From: Felis catus
Taxonomy: Eukaryota
Reading direction: 5' to 3'
Length of the DNA: 64,000 bases
Assembly: GCF_018350175.1 (NCBI RefSeq)
Contig: NC_058368.1
Span: 215,700,001-215,764,000, forward strand
Below the pieces are notes generated by a model. The model ran no database searches. It saw only the letters and a program-made list of their open reading frames with translations, and was not told where the DNA came from. Below, piece after piece: positions 11,766 through 23,600 of the stretch. Every line of letters begins with the position of its first letter. Position 1 is the first letter of the stretch. The translations under genes were made by a program, and so were the position numbers.

Positions 11766-14700
11766 TTGTTTTTTTTCAATATATGAAATTTATTGTCAAA
11801 TTAGTTTCCATACAACACCCAGTGCTCATCCCAAAAGGTGCCCTCCTCAATACCCATCACCCACCCTTCCCTCCCTCCCACCCCCCATCAACCCTCAGTT
11901 TGTTCTCAGTTTTTAACAGTCTCTTATGCTTTGGCTCTCTCCCACTCTAACCTCTTTTTTTTTTCCTTCCCCTCCCCCATGGGTTTCTGTTAAGTTTCTC
12001 AGGATCCACATAAGAGTAAAACCATATGGTATCTGTCTTTCTCTGTATGGCTTATTTCACTTAGCATCACACTCTCCAGTTCCATCCACGTTGCTACAAA
12101 GGGCCATATTCCGTTCTTTCTCATTGCCATGTAGTACTCCATTGTGTATATAAACCACAATTTCTTTATCCATTCATCAGTTGATGGACATTTAGGCTCT
12201 TTTCACAATTTGGCTATTGTTGAGAGTGCTGCTATAAACATTGGGGTACAAGTGCCCTTATGCATCAGTACTCCTATATCCCATGGGTAAATTCCTAGCA
12301 GTGCTATTGCTGGGTCATAGGGTAGGTCTATTTTTAATTTTCTGAGGAACCTCCACACTGTTTTCCAGAGTGGCTGCACCAGTTTGCATTCGCACCAATA
12401 GTGCAAGAGGGTTCCCGTTTCTCCACATCCTCTCCAGCATCTATAGTCTCCTGATTTGTTCATTTTCGCCACTCTGACTGGCGTATGGTGATATCTGAGT
12501 GTGATTTTGATTTGTATTTCCCTGATAAGGAGCGACGCTGAACATCTTTTCATGTGCCTGTTGGCCATCCGGATGTCTTCTTTAGAGAAGTGTCTATTCA
12601 CGTTTTCTGCCCATTTCTTCACTGGGTTATTTGTTTTTCGGGTGTGGAGTTTGGTGAGCTCTTTATAGATTTTGGATACTAGCCCTTTGTCCAATATGTC
12701 ATTTGCAAATATCTTTTCCCATTCCATTGGTTGCCTTTTAGTTTTGTTGGTTGTTTCCTTTGCTGTGCAGAAGCTTTTTATCTTCATAAGGTCCCAGTAA
12801 TTCATTTTTGCTTTTAATTCCCTTGCCTTTGGGGATGTGTCAAGTAAGAGATTGCTACGGCTAAGGTCAGAGAGGTTTTTTCCTGCTTTCTCCTCTAGGG
12901 TTTTGATGGTTTCCTGTCTCACATTCAGGTCCTTTATCCATTTTGAGTTTATTTTTGTGAATGGTGTGAGAAAGTGGTCTAGTTTCAACCTTCTGCATGT
13001 TGCTGTCCAGTTCTCCCAGCACCATTTGTTAAAGAGACTGTCTTTTTTCCATTGGATGTTCTTTCCTGCTTTGTCAAAGATGAGTTGGCCATACATTTGT
13101 GGGTCTAGTTCTGGGGTTTCTATTCTATTCCATTGGTCTATGTGTCTGTTTCTGTGCCAATACCATGCTGTCTTGAGGATTACAGCTTTGCAGTAGAGGC
13201 TAAAGTCTGGGATTGTGATGCCTCCTGCTTTGGTCTTCTTCTTCAAAATTACTTTGGCTATTCGGGGCCTTTTGTGGTTCCATATGAATTTTAGAATTGC
13301 TTGTTCTAGCTTCGATAAGAATGCTGGTGCAATTTTGATTGGGATTGCATTGAATGTGTAGACAGGTTTGGGTAGTATTGACATTTTGACAATATTTATT
13401 CTTCCAATCCATGAGCAGGGAATGTCTTTCCATTTCTTTATATCTTCTTCAATTTCCTTCATAAGCTTTCTATAGTTTTCAGCATACAGATCGTTTACAT
13501 CTTTGGTTAGATTTATTCCTAGGTATTTTATGCTTCTTGGTGCCATTGTGAATAGGATCAGTTTCTTTATTTGTCTTTCTGTTGCTTCATTGTTAGTGTA
13601 TAAGAATGCAACTGATTTCTGTACGTTGATTTTGTATCCTGCAACTTTGCCGAATTCATGTATCAGTTCTAGCAGACTTTTGGTGGAGTCTATCGGATTT
13701 TCCATGTATACTATCACATCATCTGCAAAAAGCGAAAGCTTGACTTCATCTTTGCCAATTTGGATGCCTTTGATTTCCTTTTGTTGTCTGATTGCTGATG
13801 CTAGAACTTCCAACACTATGTTAAACAACAGCGGAGTGGACATCACTGTCGGGTTCCTGATCTCAGGGAAAAAGCTCTCAGTTTTTCCCCATTGAGGATG
13901 ATGTTAGCTGTGGGCTTTTCATAAATGGCTTTTATGATGTTTAAGTATGTTCCTTCTATCCCGACTTTCTCAAGGGTTTTTATTAAGAAAGGGTGCTGGA
14001 TTTTGTCAAAGGCCTTTTCTGCATCGATTGACAGGATCATATGGTTCTTATCTTTTCTTTTATTAATGTGATGTATCACGTTGATTGATTCGTGAATGTT
14101 GAACCAGCCCTGCATCCCGGGAATGAATCCCACTTGATCATGGTGAATAATTCTTTATATATGCTGTTGAATTCTATTTGCTAGTATCTTATTGAGAATT
14201 TTTGCATCCATATTCATCAGGGATATTGGCCTGTAGTTCTCTTTTTTTAGTGGGTCTCTGTCTGGTTTAGGAATCAAAGTAATACTGGCTTCATAGAATG
14301 AGTCTGGAAGTTTTCCTTCCCTTTCTATTTCTTGGAATAGCTTGAGAAGGATAGGTATTATCTCTGCTTTAAACGTCTGGTAGAACTCCCCTGGGAAGCC
14401 ATCTGGTCCTGGACTCTTATTTGTTGGGAGATTTTTGATAACCGATTCAATTTCTTCGCTGGTTATGGATCTGTTCAAGCTTTCTATTTCCTCCTCATTG
14501 AGTTTTGGAAGAGAGTGGGTGTTTAGGAATTTGTCCATTTCTTCCAGGTTGTACAATTTGTTGGCATATAATTTTTCATAGTATTCCCTGATAATTGTTT
14601 GTATCTCTGAGGGGTTGGTTATAATAATTCCATTTTCATTCATGATTTTATCTATTTGGGTCATCTCCCTTTTCTTTTTGAGAAGCCTGGCTAGAGGTTT

Positions 14701-15103
14701 GTCAATTTTGTTTATTTTTTCAAAAAACCAACTCTTGGTTTTGTTGATCTGCTCTACAGTTTTTTTAGATTCTATATTGTTTATTTCTGCTCTGATCTTT
14801 ATTATTTCTCTTCTTCTGCTGGGTTTAGGTTGCCTTTGCTGTTCTGCTTCTATTTCCTTTAGGTGTGCTGTTAGATTTTGTATTTGGGATTTTTCTTGTT
14901 TCTTGAGATAGGTCTGGATTGCAATGTATTTTCCTCTCAGGACTGCCTTCGCTGCGTCCCATAGCATTTGGATTGTTGTATTTTCATTTTCGTTTGTTTC
15001 CATATATTTTTTAATTTCTTCTCTAATTGCCTGGTTGACCCACTCATTCTTTAGTAGGGTGTTCTTTAACCTCCATGCTTTTGGAGGTTTTCCAGACTTT
15101 TTC
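11766..15103 (-). mobile_element. 5'-truncated young felid LINE-1 (about 3.3 kb) with 3'UTR, polyA and 14-bp TSD
   Basis: ORF2 homology throughout; 3'UTR with G-rich tract; polyT at the left end on the plus strand; TSD ttcaagttttattt at 11752-11765 and 15104-15117. Confidence 0.97.
11998..15100 (-). pseudogene. Disabled L1 ORF2 (reverse transcriptase and C-terminal Cys-rich region; endonuclease domain essentially missing)
   Basis: Three ORF-track pieces: KSPGPDGF and YRPISLMN motifs (14155-15108), [12 protein letters not shown]...GTRQ (13843-14133), SLFADD, IKYLGI and CWRGCGE...LLHYWCEC (12203-13846). In-frame TAA at about 14155, stop plus frameshift at about 13843, premature TGA at 12203. 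Confidence 0.95.
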
Positions 15104-15117
15104 TTCAAGTTTTATTT

Positions 15118-15123
15118 ATTTTT

Positions 15124-15167
<44 letters not shown>

Positions 15168-15339
15168 ATGTGGCGAGTGGGGGAAGGGGCAGAGAGAGAG
15201 GGAAACACAAAATCCAAAGCAGGCTCCAGGCTCTGAGCTGTCACCACAGAGCCCAACACAGGGCTCAAACCCAGGAACTATGAGATCATGATCTGAGCTG
15301 AAGTCTTGCACTTAATCAACTGAGCCACCCAGGTGCCCC
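15118..15339 (-). mobile_element. CanSINE whose A-rich tail was interrupted by the L1
   Basis: (GA)n/(GACA)n tract and head caggtgcccc; the rest of the tail is at about 11735-11765. Confidence 0.93.
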
Positions 15340-15429
15340 TATCAGCTTTTTATATGCATCACCCCGATTGGAAAATTAGTTCCATTTCACCATTAAACAG
15401 ATTGAAAATCTGGCTGTCACCTCTCTCTC

Positions 15430-15663
15430 TTTTAAAAATTTAAATGTTTATTTATTTTTGAGAGAAAGAGAGAGATGGAGAGAGACAGAGAGAGACAGAC
15501 AGAGCACAAGCGGGGGGAGGGGCTGAGAAGAGAGGGAGACACAGAATCTGAGCAGACTCCAGGCTCCAAGCTGTCAGCACAGAGCCCGACATGGGGCTTG
15601 AACCCACCCACCCCGAGACCATGTCCTGTGGTGAAGTCAGACGCTTAACCACCCAGGCGCCCC
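15430..15663 (-). mobile_element. CanSINE
   Basis: T tail, GA tract, head caggcgcccc with a small deletion. Confidence 0.92.
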
Positions 15664-16532
15664 ATTGACTGTCATGTCTTGTGTGATCTACTAACATACC
15701 TTCTTAATGCATTTGTCTGCTGCATGGATAGTGATCCATCCTTTCTTCAATCTCTTCTCCAGGAAACAGCCAAAGTCATCTTTTACAGCATAGCTCAGAT
15801 CATAGCAGTCTCCTTCCTCCCAGGTGTTTCTGCCACACTTTTATAAAAGCCAAAGATCTAATCTGGCCCCTGGTTACTCCGCTGGCCTTGTCTCTCACCA
15901 CCTTCTGCCTTGATTGCTCTGCCCTGTATCCCCATCTTGCTTCCCTTGGCACAGACCTTTTATCCTCAGTGCTTCATTCGTGAGAAATACAATGCTACAT
16001 GATATTTCTTCTTTAGAGTGCTTTCCACATCAACCAGGCAATATTTTAGTATCATTGCAACATGATTTGACTGTGCAACAATTATCACTAATCTGCTATC
16101 GTATCATACACGTCTAACTTATTTTTCCAATTCTTATTGTCTAACAGCAAACCTTCAGGTAGAATCAAGGTGCTTAGTTAATACTGGTTAAGAGTGTAGG
16201 CCCAGGCCTAGCACAAGATCAGGAACATGCCTGAAACCCAACAAATGGCTGTGAGAGGAGTGAGTGAAAACAAACTGTAATCTTGGGATCCATGCTTGTG
16301 GTGACAACGAATGATACTGTAAATGCCAGGCCAACAGCTCCCACTAGGTTGGCCTAGTTACTCTGTAAGGCGGGCAGGGCAGGTTGGGGGGGGGGGGTGC
16401 GCGGTGAAGTAGTGAGGCAGCAGCAACAGTGTTACTTTAACGTGTTAGCATATTAGGGAGAATCCTTGGCAAATGTTGCCATCTCCCTTAAAAGTGGGTG
16501 AAAATGAAAGGTGTTAATAAAAAATAGTTTCC

Positions 16533-16728
16533 GGAGCACTTGGACGGCCCAGTCCGTTGGGTGGCTGACTCACGATTTCCACTCAGGTCATGATCTCGCG
16601 GTGGTGGGATCGAGCCCCACTCTCGGCTCTGCACTGAGTGTGGAGCCTGCCTGGGATTCTCTCTCTCTCTCTTTCTCTCTCTCTGCACCTCCTCGGTTCA
16701 TGCTTGCATGCTCTCTCTCTTTCAAAAA
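16533..16728 (+). mobile_element. CanSINE
   Basis: Diverged head, ctcaggtcatgatctc, CT tract. Confidence 0.9.
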
Positions 16729-17827
16729 ATATTTTCTGCAGTTTTATTATTAAAATAAAATTTCCATTTGGTTTCTAACAATCAGAAATAAGGCAGACAG
16801 CGAGTAGAAGGTTTGTGAGTGGGATAGCTCCAGCGACTCCCCCAGCTCCAGAGGGTCAGACTTAGAGGGAGTCTGGATCTGTCAAGACCAGAAGGAGGCA
16901 GGACGATGCCCCACAGAAAGCAGGGAAGGACATGCAACATGATGGGAAACAGACACCCCCTTACAGGAAGGCTGGATAAGCGAAGGGCGCAGCGCCTCCA
17001 GGGGACCAGGCATGGCTGTTGTCTGTGTGGAAGGACCTGCCCACAGAGGGGGAAGCCCCGAGAGGGCAGCCCATAGGATCCTGCAGGCCCCGCAAAAGGC
17101 GGGAGCAGCCAAAGCTGGAGAATGAGGACACTCCCGAAATACAAGCCCATGCACTCATCACTTGCTACAGTAGCTAAGTTCTCTGCTACGGGTGCAAACA
17201 AATGTGGCGTGTTTTATGCCCAAAAGCAAGAATCAATGTGGGCGGTGCCAAGGAAACCTTCACATTAGTTTACATTAGTTTAATAAAAAATAAAATCCAT
17301 GTTAAAATCATCAGGCACATACATATATCCTCATACCGCTGTGGGAAATGGTGAGATACATTGTACTTATTGGGAAATAATAAAATCTGTCGTGTAATAT
17401 TTGCATCGTAAGTCATTTATAAATGGCGACGTTAGTTTATTTTCTAAATGCCTCAATCTGTTTCTATTTTACTACTACTGAAAACTCAATTTCCAGAATA
17501 GAAAATCACCGTCAGTTCCATCAGTGGCACCCGAAATCTTGAACACAGGTGTGACCACTGCAACTGACTTTTAATTACCAAAAATGTATGTTCATTATCA
17601 ATGAAACTATACTTGGTAGGAAATTTGTGATAAAATGACTGGAACCATTGATAAATAGTATAAGCCTTTGTTGCTTGTCCTATTAAATATTAAATTTAAA
17701 TATTTGGATTACATATTTAAAATATTCACTTGTGTGCAATAAAGTGAATTCTATGGATAAATATAGGTATATTTAAATTTAGGAAAGTCCTTCAATATTT
17801 AGCTATTAATAAAAATGGACATCTGTT

Positions 17828-17968
17828 AGGTTGTCCGGGTGGCTCAGTGGGTTAAGCATCCGACTCATGATCTCAGCTCAGTTCTTGATCTTGGGGTTGT
17901 GAGTTTGGGCCCTGCACTGGGCTCCATGCTGGGCATGAAGTCTACTTAAAAAAAAAAAAAAAAAAAAA
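17828..17968 (+). mobile_element. Short CanSINE variant with pure A tail
   Basis: gggtggctcagtgggttaagcatccgact...tctactt plus A21; flanking ggacat duplication. Confidence 0.88.
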
Positions 17969-20455
17969 GGACATTCATTGACTTTATCCTTTTTAATTGC
18001 CTTTTTTCTTTTCATTTTAAGTTTATGAATCTTTTGATATCTTTTTGTATACGCAAAAGAGTTTTCCTCATTTATTCAATTTATATTTGAATCACATTTG
18101 TATCAGACCAAATGGCTGATACTATATATAGCTCATAGTTTAGATAGTAAGTACTCAATGCAGTTTTTTTTTTAAGAACACATGAACTAATTATAAAAGC
18201 AGAATGTAATGAGCCATACAAAGCAATTATCACCATATTTTATCAGTTTGGCAAACATTAAAATGTCTGACAATACTAGATAATGGTGATGTGGAATATC
18301 ATTCATATGAATCAATGTGACCATTTTATTTAATAGTCAATGCTAAAGATTACAAGCTCTTCAAGTGGGAATTTTACTCCTGGGTATACATCTGAATGCA
18401 TGGATAATAATACCATAATGAAAGGCTAATAATGATAAAATTTTGGAAAGTAGCTATTAAGAACAAAACTGATATCTGAAGACAGTTCACGCAATGGGAT
18501 ATAATATACACCAACAAAAAATGTAAAAACTATAAAACACAATAGAAAACAAAACTAAAACATGTTTCTGTATGGAAACAGATAATACAATTATAAACAA
18601 CTGTAAGAAAAAAAATATTACGAAATTTGGGACAGAAGTGACATCAAGGAAGTACAGGAGACCTGTGGCTGAGGAACAACACTAGAGTTTGCTGAGGGTA
18701 CCATTAATGGTCTATTTGTTGTTGTGTAACAAGGGCATGAATTTTTCCTACATCATTTAGTTCAACTTAAGCTTATTGAAAAACTCAATCTATTCAAGAG
18801 ATAGTGAAACCAAAATTCATATATTAGTGTCCTGAAGAAGTTAATGTAATTTTAAATCACTATTGAAATCCAAACCAGGTCTGAAGGTTTGATTGATATG
18901 TCCCTTAAGGAATACCAGTCCATCTTCCATCTCACTAAAAAAGTTGTTCTCGCCTCAGAAAATGCTTCATATTAAATGTAATTTGTGCAACTATACCTTT
19001 TACAAATATTTTATATTGTGTTATATTTATCATGGTCCTGGTAAGAGGCAGACAGCAAAATCACCTTGGATCACAAAAGGGAATTTAACAAATAGACATT
19101 TTACACAGTTTTGAACAGGAGTAAGGAGACAGACAAAGGATGATGAGACTACCAGCAATGGGCCTTGGAAGGAAGCTTCCCTAGACCTGAGAGAAGATGG
19201 CATTAGGAAAGCCCAGAGACAGATGAAAGTCATTGAGGTGAACAGGAGGAAGAAAATGTTATTTATGAAAGAATGCAGTGAATAGAAGATTTGTGGACTT
19301 GGAGTAGAAATATGTAGAATAAATACCTCAGTTTCTCTCTCATTCCCTCCCACCCTTAGCAAAACCCTGTCAGAAGAGTGATGGCAGGATAAACTGGGCG
19401 ATCCAAACTCAGTCTATCAGGACTGAAAATGGATCAGCTGCAAACAGAGCTCATGGGTCTGTTAATGTATAACACATCAGTTATAAGAGTTAATATGATG
19501 TTTCTCAAATAATAACTGTTGAATAATATTCTTTGGACCTACCAAAACTCTACATGTTTCATACATTGTAGCTTATTTCCTAAGTTGTTCACAATATAAA
19601 TGTTTTGAAAGATTTTGAGACCTTTCCATAGATGTCTAAAATTATTAATACTTGCTTTTCTTGGGGCCGTTATTTGCCCATTTATTTTTTCTAGTTAATG
19701 GTTTTTACACCCCGTGTCCATCCATAAGATGAACCGTTTCGTTGCCACATCTTTTAAAGGCTAATGAACCATTCTTGGGAATAACAATTTCCAAGAAACT
19801 AGTTCTCCTCAGGTAACTGGCACTGAAAAACACCACCAGAGAATGATAAACTGCCAAGAACCACTCACTGATTCTTAAAACTTTATGGAAATAGTCCATG
19901 ACTTAATTGAGATTGAGAACTGTCTGGCATTTACAAAACATGCATCACTTAGTGGAGGGTTAATGTTTATTTATTCCAGGCTTCCATAAGACTCCTCGGT
20001 TGTTTCCTCAGTAAAACAGTACACCTCGCTTTACCAGATCTCCTAGATTTGCTCTGGAGACACTTGGGAGGATGTGTGTGCTCTGATGTTCACCTTATCG
20101 CTACCCTTTATGCAGTCTTATGGCGATGAAGTGAAGATAGAGATAAAGATCAAAAACAATATATACACAGAATGAAAAATTGTATGCGTTTGTTTGTGGA
20201 GCTTATTCTTGTGTTATCAAAGACATTAAATCATTTTGTCAGGTTTTTCTTTTTTATGAAAAATGGAAGCACAGAAAACTCTTGGATTTTATTCATCCTC
20301 TTTTTTCTCAAAATACATAGTATGGAGTTGAAAAATATAAATTCTAATATAAGTTATTTTTTTTTCATGAGTACTGATGCACCATATATGGTTGAGATTA
20401 TTCATTTTACATGTTGTTCCCTATCTTCTCCTATTCAAGATAGCATTATATTCTT

Positions 20456-20609
20456 TTGGGGGGGGTTAATTTTATTTTTTATATTTTAAAATTTACATCC
20501 AAATTAGTTAGCATATAGTTATTATGCTATAATATATGCATAAATATGCATATATATGCATTTTTGAGAAAAAATGATGTCAGGAGTAGATTCCTTAATG
20601 CCCCTTACC
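20456..20609 (-). mobile_element. Very short L1 3'-end insertion with 12-bp TSD
   Basis: tttacatccaaattagttagcatatag...caggagtagattccttaatgccccttaccc (same 3' end as 36780-36865, opposite strand); TSD cattatattctt at 20444-20455 and 20610-20621. Confidence 0.8.
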
Positions 20610-23600
20610 CATTATATTCTTGATTCAAGAGATTACACTATAGACGGTCAGAGTTCACTATGAGGGTTTTGAAACAGAGTACAAAGTAATAAATGTTAAA
20701 TGGTTTGTTGAAATGTTGTGCTATATGTCTTCAAAGGCTTTTTCAGATCATGGTTTCATTGAACTGAAAGAGGGCTCTGAATTGTACTGTTGATGGAAAT
20801 TTCCTGATATGACCAGTTAGAATTATGAAATATCCTAACAGCTAATGTCATAGTTTTTTGTATTGTTATTTTGGTTAACATTTTATAAAATATCAATACA
20901 TATTCAGAAATCTACATTGGAATACTTCATAATTAAAATCTAAACTATTACCTATCTTGAGATTCTATGAATAAAAAATGTGAGCTCATACATAAGAATT
21001 AATTTGGCTAACAATTTTCCATCTTATGTGAAATTAAACCTACTGCTTTCTGGAAGGAATAAAATATTAAGAAAAAGAGATTTACTTTATTGTAGAAATT
21101 AAATTTGAATATCATAAATTCAAGATAGAAACAACCCATATGACTTTCTCTTTACCATGATTCATTTTCGTAGGATTCTCACTCTGTATTCTTGTAGAAG
21201 ACCAACTTCAGTATTTACAGTTCTTCTGAACATGGTGTTAAACAGTTAGTCTGATGCCTCTCAGCCTAGTCCCTGTTCTCATTTGAACCTTTGGCCATTG
21301 TATGTCTATACTTCTTAGTTCTTTCCCAAATGCTATGTGTTTTTTTTATATTCAGGTATGATCTTACCTTTTGCAGCTTGTCCCCTTTTCAGTTCCCTCA
21401 TCTTTAAAGATGATAGAGATTTCAGTTTCAAGCTTGAATCTAATTTTTGATATCCCCAATTGCACACATTTCTTAATTAAATTTAATATGAAGGTGCAAT
21501 CTAGAAGAAATGCCAGAAGTCCTATTGATCAATAGCTTCAGTTTACCAATGAAGAAACTAAAAGAAAAAAAAAATTCCAATGTTAACTGTGAGTTAGTAT
21601 ATAAACTCTATTAGAGAGAACTCCTGATTACAGTGTATTATGTTTTGTCCTATAAGGTTTTGAGAAGTTTGATTTTAAAAAGATGGACAGCAAAATCTTT
21701 AACACTTATTTCATATTAAACATTTTTTTCGGTGAAAATCATAATAATATAGAGTTGTTTAAGGAACAGAATAATTAAAAATAATATTAAAAATCTTCAA
21801 ACCGTACTAACTGCCTTTCAATACATTTGATTTTAATCACTCTTTATAGGAGAAAGTCTACTTCTATCAAGATAACTAGAAATTGGAAGGAAACTAACAC
21901 ATTGAATGATTGAGTAACTTGAAAGAATTATAAATATACTTACAAGTCTAAAATCTGTAAGGAATCTTGAGAGAATTAGAATCAATTTATATTTCCAAAT
22001 TGAGTCAAAGTTAACTATGATGGATCTATTATAACATGATGACTAATTTAATGTTTGAAGAATGTGTGTGCACTTTTAATTTTGATTTCTCTTTCTGTGT
22101 CATGCACCAAAATATTGAGGTTATACTATAATTATGCTTAAAACCTTATTGCTATTTGTAAATAAATTACAGGATAAGTCATAATAGGAAGCCAAATAAT
22201 ACTTAGCTGCTGAATATAAACAAAATATAGAGTGGCATAAATCTTGCAAGCACAAAAGTGGTAAAAACAGCAAGATTTAGAGGTTCTAGTACAAAAGAGA
22301 TATATAGTACCAACCGCAGTAATCTCAAAAATTTATATCCCGAAATGTGCAGACTTGATCTTATTTTTCAGTCAGTGTGTTCTCTATGGAAGATGAACAT
22401 GCCCACGACAATGGAGTATGATTTAGAAAACTAGATCCTGCTCAGAGGAATATAAAATGTGATTATACACCGTACTTCTGTGCAAGATTTTAAACAGAAT
22501 TTAATAAATCATTCTGAAACTTAGATATATTTGTGGAACAATGACATCACTTTTAAATTATGCGTGGTTTGTAAATGCACAAAATTAATAATGTCTTTTG
22601 TGTACATGTATTACTTTGGAAAGAAACTACTAAGAACTATATTATCAGACCAAACAGTCTTTGAAAATTTGTGTGCTACAGGGCAATTTGTCACTTCATT
22701 TTAATGGAATGTTCCATACTGAAAATGTCTAACTGCTCAGAAGAGGAATAGAGCGTAAATTTATTATCTGAGAAAAGAAAATTAATTGACACAGGCCAAA
22801 AATGTAATGGAATTAGACCCAGGTGGAATAACTGAGAACTTCAAGAACTGTATCTGGGCTCTATAAAATGATAAAATTACATGCAGAAAAATTGAAATAT
22901 GTCATTTTTTAACAAAGCTCAGGATTTCTCAAAGGAATGGTGTATAAATTAATTAAGGCTTCTTTGTCTCTAAGACCTTGTAGTCTTAGGAAAGAAAAGA
23001 ACCTAGCTCTTGGGGTACAAAACATATATTGTGTTGATTTCTTTATTGTTATTATTGTTTTAAGTAAATACTTCCCATTATGGAGAGAATTGGCCATTAC
23101 TGAGGTAGAGTTTAATAAAAATATTTAAATATGAGGGCAAAATGTAAACAATTTATTCAGTCTAAAATAATTTATGAAACATCTCTTTGGTAGGTCATGT
23201 GCAAAGAACTGGGGGTAGAGACATTTATTCAACATGGAAAATTTGATGAGACTGGTTATCAGGAAAGTAATTCGATAGAAAAATTAGATAATTTCCAATA
23301 GCTCCATTTGCTGTGGAAATGGTAAAAAAAAAAAAAAGAAACAGTAATGGCAAAGCCATGGTGATGGTGTGGTAATGAGTTTGGCAGGTTTTGGTAAGCA
23401 GAATATAGTCCAATGTGGCTGAAACACAGTGAGAGAGAAATGTGGTATAGATCATGTTTTAGAGGATCATGCAGTATTTTTATCCACAGTATTACTTATA
23501 CAAATATAGGTTGAATTTTAACTCTAAAATAGTGTCTATATTGGATAAATTAGATTAGTGATTTGAAAAGAAATATCTCATTCTATCTATAATTTCTATT

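Larger units (their letters stand above)
11540..16268 (+). mobile_element. L2 3' remnant split by two SINEs and an L1 (L2 pieces at about 11540-11735, 15340-15430 and 15663-16268)
   Basis: taggcgtctcaaactcaaca...aaaacagaattcttgat, ccaaaatggagtcatc, cagccaaagtcatctttt and a terminal cccaggcctagcaca...gagtgagtgaa. Confidence 0.6.

Noticed and set aside
12837..15283. Plus-strand ORFs of 98-130 aa
   Set aside because: Antisense frames of L1 ORF2; no independent coding evidence.
16782..17201. 139-aa ORF in the GC-rich patch as a CDS
   Set aside because: Non-ATG start, no recognisable homology or splice context; long ORFs are expected in GC-rich DNA.
19695..19812. Possible plus-strand exon (ttctag ... 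CTCAG|gtaact)
   Set aside because: All frames are closed and I found no supporting partner exons; compatible with chance.
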